Positions 27,406 to 36,778 of a stretch of 64,000 bases of DNA are shown here, piece after piece (position 1 is the first letter of the stretch; the number at the start of each line of letters is the position of its first letter). Below the pieces are notes generated by a model that saw nothing but the letters and a program-made list of their open reading frames with translations, was not told the DNA's origin and searched no databases. Both the position numbers and the translations under genes were made by a program. Origin of the DNA: Chloroflexota bacterium (lineage in GTDB: Bacteria; Chloroflexota; UBA11872; VXOZ01); the NCBI GenBank assembly GCA_012270555.1, contig JAAXIC010000029.1:11601-75600 (forward strand), given 5' to 3'.

Positions 27406-28083
27406 TCACTTGGGAACCGGAGGGATGCAGGCGAGGATAGGCACGCCGAGAATCTGCTCAGCCTCTCGCCGGAGGCGGACGCGCGCATCGAGAAACTCGC
27501 TTGCAAGCGCCAACGTGATGCCGGCAATTGCGCCAAGTACAAAGGCAACTGCCACATTGAATCTTAGGCGAGGGCCTATCTGCACAGCGTTACTCGCTTC
27601 ATCAAATACCCGAGCCTGCACGAAGATGTCGCCGTCCGGGCCGCTGCTCTGCTCCGATTGTGTTAGCCGCACGAGCTCGTAGGCAAACCCATTGGCGGCA
27701 TGAACCGCTTGTTGTGGAGAGGTGCTCTCCACCTGGATCAAGACTATGTAGCTGTTCGAGACGATAGCCGTCCGCAAGCCGCCGAGTACGGTATCAGGCG
27801 ATACATCAAGCTCCATGCGGTCTACCACGCGCTGCGCCACCTCCCCGGTGCGCAAGTGCCCTACATAGGTGTTGAGCAGCCGCTCTACAGCCCCCATCGT
27901 CCAGTAGTCGATGACGTTCGGCGTAACGAGAACACTCGCTCCCGCTTGGTATACGGGTTGCTGCCGACTGCTGTAGAAATAGGCGGTGAGCGCGGCAACG
28001 AGAGCAAGAACGAGCACAATCCAGTACCGCCGTCGAATGACGCCTGTGTAGTCCTGCAGCCGTAGAGATGCAAGCTCAAGCAT
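27406..28083 (-). CDS. Wzz/chain-length-determinant family protein (BY-kinase transmembrane modulator, CapA/CpsC-like)
   Basis: N-terminal TM (WIVLVLALVAALTAYF), periplasmic domain, C-terminal TM (VAFVLGAIAGITLALASEFL) then basic tail: PCP topology. Confidence 0.65.
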   Translation of the reverse strand: MLELASLRLQDYTGVIRRRYWIVLVLALVAALTAYFYSSRQQPVYQAGASVLVTPNVIDYWTMGAVERLLNTYVGHLRTGEVAQRVVDRMELDVSPDTVLGGLRTAIVSNSYIVLIQVESTSPQQAVHAANGFAYELVRLTQSEQSSGPDGDIFVQARVFDEASNAVQIGPRLRFNVAVAFVLGAIAGITLALASEFLDARVRLRREAEQILGVPILACIPPVPK

Positions 28084-28092
28084 TCAGCATAC

Positions 28093-28842
28093 CTAGCTTT
28101 CGGTTGAATCCTCAAGCGGGCCCTGCGCAGTCGCCAAGTCTTGTTGCGGAATGGGGGGAATAGTCATCAGTACCGGAATACGCAGCGCTTCCTCAACATC
28201 TTCTCGCGAGCGACAGATGCCCGATAACACCTCCAGGACAAACGCAAGCCCCGTGATGAGGAGAAAGGCCACCAGTGTGCGAGCAAAGATATCGAGGCCC
28301 AGACGGACCAGCGAGGTAGCTTCCGGGTCGGTCGCCGGGTCAAGGATCGTGAGGCTTACAAGTCCCTCACGCACAGTGAGAGAATAGTCCCCGGCTCTCG
28401 TCTCGAGTAGTGTCTGCGCAGCGTCTGCCAAGGCCTGCGCGACTAGCGGTTCATCACTGACAAAGGTGAGTTCCAAGATTCGATGACTGTGGGTGCTGCG
28501 CAGTGAGTCTTCAATCTGTTTTGGCGTGAACTGCAATCCATAACGCTCGGCAACAATATCGGAAACGCTCGCGGCGAACGCCTGCCCTTGGACGATTTCG
28601 GAGAAGTCCTCAATGTTGTACTGGGCGAGAACCTGACGGTAGTATTCCTCCGAGTAATAGGACTCCCCGCTCTCAGGTGTCGCAGTAGGAGGTACGGCCT
28701 GAACATGGACGCGCACGGATGACTCATAGGCATTCGGCCAGATGAGTGCCAAAACCACACTTCCAATGAACGCCACGATGGTGACGCTCAGGATTAGCTT
28801 CCTTCTGGCTCCCAGAATTCTGAGATACGATTGAATGCTCAT
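28093..28842 (-). CDS. Wzz/chain-length-determinant family protein (second tandem copy)
   Basis: Same PCP topology: N-TM ILSVTIVAFIGSVVLALIW, C-TM LVAFLLITGLAFVLEVL. 10-nt gap to downstream paralog. Confidence 0.65.
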   Translation of the reverse strand: MSIQSYLRILGARRKLILSVTIVAFIGSVVLALIWPNAYESSVRVHVQAVPPTATPESGESYYSEEYYRQVLAQYNIEDFSEIVQGQAFAASVSDIVAERYGLQFTPKQIEDSLRSTHSHRILELTFVSDEPLVAQALADAAQTLLETRAGDYSLTVREGLVSLTILDPATDPEATSLVRLGLDIFARTLVAFLLITGLAFVLEVLSGICRSREDVEEALRIPVLMTIPPIPQQDLATAQGPLEDSTES

Positions 28843-28893
28843 GTAAAACTCGGTTGGCGCGTGAATACCACCTCATTTTAGCAGATTCCTTGC

Positions 28894-30027
28894 CTACGCC
28901 AGTGAGGGCGGCGAACATGGGCCTTTGGGAAAGCGCGGCCGCGACGCGGCCGTGTCAATGAGGGCTGCCATTCTCTCTTTGAATACGCTGGTGTCGAAGG
29001 CTGCGGCATGTTCCGTGATGCGCTCAGTGCAAAACACCATTGTGGCAAAGCGTTCAATTGCTTCGCAAAGAGCTTCCACTCGTTGTTCAGAGAAGAAGAG
29101 TCCCGTTTCTCCCTCAACCACCGTGTCAAGCGCTCCGCCGGCAGCATAGGCGATGACCGGACGTCCGGAGGCTTGCGTTTCTACCGGGACCAGCCCGAAG
29201 TCCTCTTCCCCAGGAAAGACCAGAGCTCTGCACTGCGACAAGTGGCGCCGCCGTATCTCATCGTCTACGTAACCCAGAAACTGCACGTTTGGCTCTGCCA
29301 TCGCCTCCAAGCGAGCGCGGTCTCGTCCATCGCCGATAATCCGCAAGGGCAAGCCAAGACGGTTGAAGGCTTGGATCGCTAAGTCCACCCGCTTGTAAGG
29401 CACCAGGCGGGAGACAATCAGGAAGTAGTCGTCAATGTGGTCGGATGGGGCAAAAAGCGACGTGTCGACCGGTGGGAAGAGGATGGACGCTTCGCGGTTG
29501 TAATATGTCTTGATCCGTGCAGCTATAGCCCGGGAAATCGCAACGAAGTCGTCCACACGCGCGTTCGTGGCGACATCCCAGGCGCGAATTCTTGTGAGTA
29601 CTGCAGGCAGCGCCTTGCGTGGCAGCCAGCCTATTTGCTCCCCCGCAAGGTATTCCCGTGTGTTCCAGGCAAAGCGCATGGGAGAGAGGCAATAGCAAAT
29701 GTGCCTGGCGTCTTCACGGGTAATGACGCCCTTACACCATGCGCTGCTGTTGCTAAGGACTACGTCATATTCGCGAAGGTCAAGGCGCTCGAAGGCGATA
29801 GGATAGAGCGGCAGCAGCATCTGATGCCGCGGATAACGGGTGAGCGGTCCAAGCTTCTGCAGAAAGGTAGTACGTATGTCGAGTGGGCGAAAAGCCGTGG
29901 ACATAGCGTCCGGTCGGTAGAAGGACGTGTAAATGGGCGCCTCTGGGAAGATTTCGTGGAGCGTAAGCAGAACGTTCTCCGCGCCCCCCATCTGGTTGAG
30001 ATAATCGTGGGCTATGGCAATGCGCAT
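28894..30027 (-). CDS. glycosyltransferase family 4
   Basis: GT4 C-terminal signature (LVFPGEEDFGLVPVETQASGRPVIA; E-x7-E motif) and GT-B fold N-domain. Confidence 0.8.
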   Translation of the reverse strand: MRIAIAHDYLNQMGGAENVLLTLHEIFPEAPIYTSFYRPDAMSTAFRPLDIRTTFLQKLGPLTRYPRHQMLLPLYPIAFERLDLREYDVVLSNSSAWCKGVITREDARHICYCLSPMRFAWNTREYLAGEQIGWLPRKALPAVLTRIRAWDVATNARVDDFVAISRAIAARIKTYYNREASILFPPVDTSLFAPSDHIDDYFLIVSRLVPYKRVDLAIQAFNRLGLPLRIIGDGRDRARLEAMAEPNVQFLGYVDDEIRRRHLSQCRALVFPGEEDFGLVPVETQASGRPVIAYAAGGALDTVVEGETGLFFSEQRVEALCEAIERFATMVFCTERITEHAAAFDTSVFKERMAALIDTAASRPRFPKGPCSPPSLA

Positions 30028-30260
30028 CGTGATAGGTGGTGCTCTTTATTGTATGCAGGAGTAAGCGAGCTTTGCTTGGTGTGATATGATGCAGCACCGT
30101 CTAGGGCTGCTACGGGCGAGAATCTAGCAACCTATCCGTATCTCTGCGCTGAGAAAGTCATGCCGTACCTGAATTGTACGGAATCTGGATTCACTGACAA
30201 CGTTGGCACGGCATGATCTTACGGCATGCTAACATCGATACGTTTGTCTAGGAGGACCAC

Positions 30261-31718
30261 TTAGTAGGCGCCGTCGCGGCGTAGGACTGCCGGAATCGTG
30301 CGAATGATAAGATTGATGTCAAGGCCAAGCGACCAATTGTCAATATAGTAAATGTCCATCATCACCATCTCTTCGAAGGGGACGTTGCTCCGCCCGTTCA
30401 CTTGCCACAGCCCGGTCAAGCCGGGCTTTACACTGAGCCGTTTCTTCTGCCATTCCTCATACTGGGCCACTTCTTCGGCGAGCGGCGCCCGCGGGCCGAC
30501 AAGGCTCATGTCGCCGCGCAGGATGTTCCAAAACTGCGGCAGTTCATCGAGCGAAAGCCTGCGCAGCCAAGCGCCGACTCTCGTGCGCCGGGGGTCGTTT
30601 GCCATTTTGAAGAGCGGTCCATCGGCTTGGTTATGGTCGGCGAGCGCAGAGCGCAGTTCGTCGGCGTCCTCGCGCATGGAGCGGAACTTGTACATTCTGA
30701 ACGGCTTGCCGTTCTGGCCGACACGTTCCGCCGTGTACAGCACCGGGCCGGACGATTCCAATTTGATAGCAAGCGCAATGATCAAGAATACGGGACTGCC
30801 CAAGAGGAGCACGGCTGAAGACATGATCGTGTCGAGGAGGCGTTTCAGGAAGAAGTCCCAGCCAACGATCCCACCGTCTTTCAGGCCAATGATGGGGATG
30901 CCTCCAATAGAGTCAATATCTACCGTGTTGAGTTGAATTTCGAAGAGGTCCGGGATGAGGTGAAAGCCAACTCCTTGCGCTTTGCATTGATCCATTACGT
31001 CGGCAATACGCCGGTGCTCGGTGGCGGGCAGCGCGATGATCACACGCTCCACCCCGTAGGCTTGTACCACGTCGGCAAGTCGATCAACCGCACCCAATAC
31101 CTTGATGCGACCGAAGTGCGCGCCACGCGCGAAATGCCCATCATCCAGGAACCCTACGAGTCGGTACCCGAGGTTCGGTTGCGTTACCACCTGCTGCATG
31201 ATCATCTTGCCATGCATGCCGCCGCCGACCACGACCAACTGTTCGAGCAGACGGCCGCGACGCCGCAGCATGTCAACCCCAATGCGGAACAGCACGCGGC
31301 TCGCGCCGATGATGAGCGGGGTGCTCAAGCCGATATAGGTGAATACCAGGCGTGAATAAACCGCAGGCTGGTACATAGAGAATATGACGATGAGAATGAA
31401 GACGGCCAGCGCGGACCCCAAGAAGATGCGACCGAGTTCGTCGAGCAGGCCCGTAGACCGCCGCAAACGGTAGACGCGCGTGATCTGGAAAGCGACAAGA
31501 ATCAAGGCAAGGTAGCTAGCAAAGACGCCCAGATAGAAGCCAAACGGCAAGTACTGAAACTCTGTCAGAAGCGGCCCGATCTCCAACTCGTAGCGTAGCC
31601 ACCAGGAGAGGTAGAAAGCAAGAGCGGCGAGTGCCAGGTCAAGTACGCCGAAGAGCAGCTTGCCCGCAAGCTGCTTTCTGCGCTTGACTTTTGGCGGCGA
31701 AACCATTGAGGCAACCAT
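30261..31718 (-). CDS. undecaprenyl-phosphate sugar phosphotransferase (WbaP/CpsE-type priming glycosyltransferase)
   Basis: N-terminal TM bundle plus C-terminal bacterial sugar transferase domain (KFRSM…[21 protein letters not shown]-like: [13 protein letters not shown]…[22 protein letters not shown]). ATG 31718 abuts upstream stop (31721-23); ORF-track GTG 31772 would overlap 52 nt. Confidence 0.85.
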   Translation of the reverse strand: [485 protein letters not shown]

Positions 31719-31720
31719 AG

Positions 31721-32881
31721 TTAACTCTGAGTAGGCACTTGAGTGCCGAGTGACTGATACAAGTTCATGCACGTGCGCACCGATTTATCCCAAGAGAATC
31801 GGCTGGCCTGCTCAAGGCCGCGCGCGCGCAGGCTGTCCGCGAGTGCAGTGTCCGTCAGAATGCTTGCCATGGCGGCAGCCAAATTGCTCTCCTCACGCGG
31901 CGGCACCAGTACGCCGGCATCACTTGCAATTTCCGGCATGGAGGATGTATTCGAGGTGATCACCGGCGTGCCCGAGGCCATGGCTTCAAGTACCGGATAG
32001 CCAAATCCCTCATAGGTTGAAGGATAGACAAACACGTCAGCGCTACTATACCACAGCGGTAATTCTGCGCGCGCCACATACCCCGGCATGAGCAGACGAT
32101 CACCAACATTGGCTTCCGCAATCGCTTGCTGAATCGCTTGCGTCATCCAACCTTTGGCGCCAACCAATACCAGGCTATGGGGCAGCTTTTCTTCACGCAC
32201 GACTTTCCCAAACGCGCGGATGAGCACGTCGACATTCTTGCGCGGTTCTAATGTGCCGACGTAGAGAACATATCGATTCGGCAAGCCCTTGGAGGTACGA
32301 AATGTGCTGCACTCCTCCTGTGTGCGCGGACAGAAGTCAGCGTCAGCGGCATGATGGACGACATGCACCCGCTCTTGCGGGACTCCGAGCATTTGCACCA
32401 CGTCGTCACGGGTGCTTGCGGACACTGCGACGACTGCATTCGCATGCTGCGCAGACAAGCGGGTGAAAAGCCGGAGATAGTGTCGTTTGAGTTGAGGGAA
32501 TAACCGAGGATAGCGAAGAAAAGTAAGGTCGTGGATCGTCAGAACGGTGGGGCACGCTGCCCCCATTGGAATCACGTTCAGCGGGCAGTGCAGTACATCT
32601 AGTTTATCATGGGCCGCGCGCCATGCCAAGACTGTCTGCTCCCACAAGATACGGGGCACCGGGTGCGCTGTGGGGAGCCTGCTCGTGACAATGGTAGGCG
32701 TGTGTCGCGTGGGCTCGCGCCACTCCGGCATGAGGTTGTTCGTAAAGAGGGTATAGTGATTCTTGCCGTCGGTATTGAGAAGATGTGTTGTCAGTTGTCG
32801 AATGTAGTGGCTTATGCCGGCATTGCGGTAGTCCTGTGAGGAGTAGAGCTTCAGGGCATTGATCCCAATTTTCACGGCCAA
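31721..32881 (-). CDS. glycosyltransferase family 4
   Basis: GT4 signature (VFVYPSTYEGFGYPVLEAMASGTPVITSNTSSMPE). Confidence 0.8.
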   Translation of the reverse strand: MAVKIGINALKLYSSQDYRNAGISHYIRQLTTHLLNTDGKNHYTLFTNNLMPEWREPTRHTPTIVTSRLPTAHPVPRILWEQTVLAWRAAHDKLDVLHCPLNVIPMGAACPTVLTIHDLTFLRYPRLFPQLKRHYLRLFTRLSAQHANAVVAVSASTRDDVVQMLGVPQERVHVVHHAADADFCPRTQEECSTFRTSKGLPNRYVLYVGTLEPRKNVDVLIRAFGKVVREEKLPHSLVLVGAKGWMTQAIQQAIAEANVGDRLLMPGYVARAELPLWYSSADVFVYPSTYEGFGYPVLEAMASGTPVITSNTSSMPEIASDAGVLVPPREESNLAAAMASILTDTALADSLRARGLEQASRFSWDKSVRTCMNLYQSLGTQVPTQS

Positions 32882-33251
32882 ACCTCGTACTGCTGGGCGT
32901 TCCAGCGGGTGAACACCATGCTCACCTGTTATTGTAGCGCGAAGAGGGTGTGGCGCTCATGCGTGAGCGCACGGTCCTCGAGTTTGGCTGAAACTGGGAA
33001 TTGCGCGCTTCTCGGCTGCGCTCGTGGCGTTGAGAGAACCGGATCGAGACCACTCACGGAGTGAAGCGCGGTACCATGCAGAAGCGCAAGGGCCTGAGGC
33101 GTGGGCCGGATACCGCAGTGTCAATTGTCCCGGAATCTTCCCTGGCGAGTGTCTAGCCACGCCGGTCGCTTTCAGTGCGTGCCTGTCTCACATATTCATG
33201 CTAGCATGAATGCACACGGTATTTGCCCACGCCATGAGGAGCCACAGCGCC

Positions 33252-34013
33252 ATGCGTCTTGGAATCGTGACCTACAACATCGCGGCAGACTGGGACATTC
33301 CCGCAATTCTCGCAAACTGTGAAGCGGTTGGTATCCATGGAGCAGAACTCCGCACCACCCACGCCCACGGTGTCGAGCCCACCCTTTCGGCGCAAGAACG
33401 CCGGGAAATAAAGGCACGATTCGCAGATTCGCCGGTCACGATCATCGGATTGGGGACGACCTGTGAGTTCCACGCGCTCGATGCAGAAACGGTGCAGGAG
33501 AACATCGAGACCGCGAAGGAGTTTGCGCAGCTTGCGCATGACGTGGGCGCCACAGGCATAAAAGTGCGGCCAAACGGCTTGCAACTGGAGGCCGGTGTGC
33601 CAAGAGAACAAACTCTGGAGCAGATTGGCAGTGCGCTCAGTGAAGTCGGAGCCGCCGCCCAGGACCTCAACGTCGAGGTGTGGCTGGAGATGCACGGCCG
33701 CGACACAGCCGAGCCGCAGAACATCCGCCGGATCATGGACAACGCCGCTGATTCCAATGTATACGTCTGCTGGAATTCGAATCCACAGGACGTGGAGTCG
33801 GGCTCTATCGCCGCAAGCTACGCTCTAGTGCGCAACGAGATTCACCACGTCCATATCAACCGCCTCTACAGCGACTATCCCTATCGTGAGTTATTCGGGC
33901 TCCTGAACGATGACGGCTACACCGGTTGGCTCTGCGCGGAGATCCAGGCCTCTTCCGACCCGCTGACTGTGCTGCAGTACTACCGGACGCTATTCCACAG
34001 TTTGGGCGGGTAA
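33252..34013 (+). CDS. sugar phosphate isomerase/epimerase (xylose-isomerase-like TIM barrel)
   Basis: TIM-barrel AP-endonuclease/xylose isomerase-like blocks (GIHGAELRTTH…VEVWLEMHG…GWLCAEIQ). ATG 33252 (MRLGIVTYN) preferred; 33234 or 33210 alternatives. Confidence 0.7.
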   Translation: MRLGIVTYNIAADWDIPAILANCEAVGIHGAELRTTHAHGVEPTLSAQERREIKARFADSPVTIIGLGTTCEFHALDAETVQENIETAKEFAQLAHDVGATGIKVRPNGLQLEAGVPREQTLEQIGSALSEVGAAAQDLNVEVWLEMHGRDTAEPQNIRRIMDNAADSNVYVCWNSNPQDVESGSIAASYALVRNEIHHVHINRLYSDYPYRELFGLLNDDGYTGWLCAEIQASSDPLTVLQYYRTLFHSLGG

Positions 34014-34257
34014 GGCATTCATTCCACTGAAAGTGCGCACTCAGGCGCAGCCGGTGCCGCGACTCGCTAAACGCGGTATAATTGGGTTTGGTCGCACCGG
34101 ATAGGCGGCTTCAAGCGAGGTGTGGCTCCCTAGGACTAAGCTGATTAAAGTATGCCGCGAGACCACCAAGCGCAGCACTTCGATTTACTCTGTTGCGCTT
34201 GCTGCCGACCGCAGAATGACGGAATCTATTGAATACGACGAGAGAATCTGAATAAAC

Positions 34258-34659
34258 ATGGCACGAAAGAGACGAAGATCGAACAGTCAGCGACGCAGGC
34301 CGGCAAGGAACCGCAACACAGGCAGAGAGCGGCGCGCAGCAAGCGCGGCCCAGCCCCAGGCAGGCCAGGCCGGTCAGGAGGCGTCGAGCAGCGGGTTGGC
34401 CTCTTCCATTCCCGCAGAGTCTGCTGCGTCGTCTTCCAGGGTGCCAATGGATGCACAGAGTGGACGGCTGGGTTCCACACAGTCCCCGGAGACGCCCGCC
34501 GGTGCGCGGACAGCTTGGCCTACGCGTCGCAAGCGGTCCCAGCTTGTAGAACTGCCGGTCCAGGAGCTTGATCACGTGCGCAGCGATCTCGCGCGGATCG
34601 GTCTGCTCTCCTTGGGCATGGTGATTGTACTGGTGGTGCTGACGTTCGTCTTGCGCTGA
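34258..34659 (+). CDS. hypothetical protein, Arg-rich N-terminus with C-terminal transmembrane anchor
   Basis: MARKRRRSNSQRRRPARNRN…; single C-terminal TM IGLLSLGMVIVLVVLTFVLR. Low-complexity; an antisense 219-aa ORF (34111..34770) looks less protein-like. Confidence 0.35.
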   Translation: MARKRRRSNSQRRRPARNRNTGRERRAASAAQPQAGQAGQEASSSGLASSIPAESAASSSRVPMDAQSGRLGSTQSPETPAGARTAWPTRRKRSQLVELPVQELDHVRSDLARIGLLSLGMVIVLVVLTFVLR

Positions 34660-34758
34660 CGGGCCCTCTGCTCCACCATGCAGAAGCGATCCGTGTTGTC
34701 GAGATCCGGTCTCATCCGCGCTGCCGCTGAGAAAGAAACACCACGTTTGAAGTAGACG

Positions 34759-35259
34759 ATGTTTGAGCAAGGCACGACACTCTCACAAATCATCGGCACG
34801 TCTCTCGCCAGTTTCTTGTTGGCCCTCTTGTTTCTGCGCATCTATTTGCCCTTTGCGCCGAAACGTCCGGGCACACCGATCGGCAAGATTCGCCTTGGCA
34901 TTCGCGAGAAGGTCCTCATCTTTCGCCCCACGCTCATCCCCCTTCTCTTGCTGCTCTTCGTAAACCAGATCCCCGTTTCCGGCATTCAGTTTTCTTTCAT
35001 GCTGCCCGGAACTGAGTTGATGATCATGCTGGCTGTCTTGATTGCGGCGCTGGTGCCCATGGCCTACGTCTTCACGACCGAGGGGTATTCGCTCAGCAAC
35101 GGACAGTCCCATAAATGGGAAAACTATCGTCGCTATGAGATTGAGAGCGGTACGGTCGTTCTCGAAGGCAAGGGAGAACGGCCCCTAAAGCAAAAGCTGT
35201 ATATTCCCCCTGAGAAAGAGAACGCGCTGCGCACGGTCTTGAAGCGGTTTGTAGGCTAG
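34759..35259 (+). CDS. hypothetical membrane protein
   Basis: Three predicted TM helices followed by soluble C-terminal domain; no recognizable motif. Confidence 0.45.
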   Translation: MFEQGTTLSQIIGTSLASFLLALLFLRIYLPFAPKRPGTPIGKIRLGIREKVLIFRPTLIPLLLLLFVNQIPVSGIQFSFMLPGTELMIMLAVLIAALVPMAYVFTTEGYSLSNGQSHKWENYRRYEIESGTVVLEGKGERPLKQKLYIPPEKENALRTVLKRFVG

Positions 35260-35341
35260 GTGCGCGCTCGCTTCCCAATTTCCATTCGCGCTCACACACT
35301 CAGTGCAAGAACGCGATGTGTAGAGGAAGGCGCGAGAAGCA

Positions 35342-36778
35342 GTGAAGCGAAGGTCGCCTCAAGAGAATCCTCACCCCTCGCTCTTTGTTGATGCCAATTC
35401 CAGCAAAGAACCGGCTTCTGCGCGTGCACGCCCAACCGCCGCTGCCGTGCCTCTGGCTACGCGTATGCGCCCGCTGACGCTGGATGAGTACGTAGGGCAA
35501 GCCCATCTCCTGGGTGAAAAAGGCGTATTGCGCCAGGCAATCACGGTGGACCGCATCCCCTCGATGATTCTCTGGGGACCGCCCGGATCAGGCAAGACGT
35601 CACTCGCTGCCATCATCGGCCGCACCGCCAAAGCCAAAATTGCGAGCCTCAGCGCCGTAAGCGCCGGCGTTGCTGATCTACGCAAGGTGGTGGAGGAGTC
35701 CCAGGCGCGTCTCGAACTGACCGGCCAGCGCACTATCCTCTTCATCGACGAGATCCACCGTTTCTCCAAGAGCCAGCAAGACGCCATCTTGCCCTATGTG
35801 GAAGACGGCACCGTCACGTTGATTGGCGCCACCACGGAAAACCCTTCGTTTGAGGTGAACGCTCCTCTGCTCTCGCGCACCCGTGTCTATAAGCTCGAAC
35901 CGCTCAGCGATGCTGAGATCATGGCACTGGTGGAGCGGAGTGTGGCGGACACTGAACGGGGGTTGGGCCGGCAGCAGGTGGCAATGCAACCGGAGGCCTT
36001 GTCGTATCTCATCAGCATGGCGAACGGCGATGCTCGTGTGGCGTTGAACGCGTTAGAATTAGCCGTCGAGCTTGTCAGGGCGGACGACACCGGTAAGCGT
36101 CTGGTGACACGAGACAGTATCGCGCAGGCACTCCAGCGGCGGGTGCTCCCCCACGATAAGAAGGGGGATTTTCACTACGACCTTATCTCGGCGTACATCA
36201 AGAGTGTGCGGGGCAGCGATCCCCATGCAGCGGTCTATTGGCTCGCGCGCATGCTGGAGGGCGGAGAAGATCCGCTCTTCGTCGTACGCCGCATGGTGAT
36301 TCTCGCTTCGGAGGACATCGGACTTGCCGACCCGCAGGCGCTCGGTGTCGCCGTCGCCGCCCAGCAGGCGGTGCACTTCATCGGCATGCCGGAGGGGATT
36401 TTTCCGCTCACCCAGGCGACGCTCTACCTCGCCACGGCGCCCAAAAGCAATTCGGCGCTGCGGGCGTATGTCGCGGCACGTGAGGCTGTCAATGAAATGG
36501 GCAACCTCAGCGTGCCGCTCCATCTGCGTAACGCGCCAACCGGGCTGATGGCGGCGTTTGGACACGGCAAGGACTACAAGTATCCGCACTCGTTTGCGGG
36601 GAACTGGGTGGAGGAAGCGTACCTACCCGACCCTTTGCAGGGCCAGCGCTTTTTCGAGCCAGGTGCGGAAGGCTTCGAGCGCACGCTTCAGCAGCGTCTC
36701 GCCGAATTCGCAGAGCGCCGCAAAAAAGCCGAAGCGGAGGCTAACGAGCCTGACGAACCGATGCCGGACACTCGCTAG
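35342..36778 (+). CDS. rarA: replication-associated recombination protein A (AAA+ ATPase)
   Basis: Conserved N-term PLATRMRPLTLDEYVGQAHLLG, Walker A GPPGSGKTSLA, Walker B ILFIDEIHRF, sensor and MgsA C-terminal domain. Confidence 0.85.
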   Translation: MKRRSPQENPHPSLFVDANSSKEPASARARPTAAAVPLATRMRPLTLDEYVGQAHLLGEKGVLRQAITVDRIPSMILWGPPGSGKTSLAAIIGRTAKAKIASLSAVSAGVADLRKVVEESQARLELTGQRTILFIDEIHRFSKSQQDAILPYVEDGTVTLIGATTENPSFEVNAPLLSRTRVYKLEPLSDAEIMALVERSVADTERGLGRQQVAMQPEALSYLISMANGDARVALNALELAVELVRADDTGKRLVTRDSIAQALQRRVLPHDKKGDFHYDLISAYIKSVRGSDPHAAVYWLARMLEGGEDPLFVVRRMVILASEDIGLADPQALGVAVAAQQAVHFIGMPEGIFPLTQATLYLATAPKSNSALRAYVAAREAVNEMGNLSVPLHLRNAPTGLMAAFGHGKDYKYPHSFAGNWVEEAYLPDPLQGQRFFEPGAEGFERTLQQRLAEFAERRKKAEAEANEPDEPMPDTR

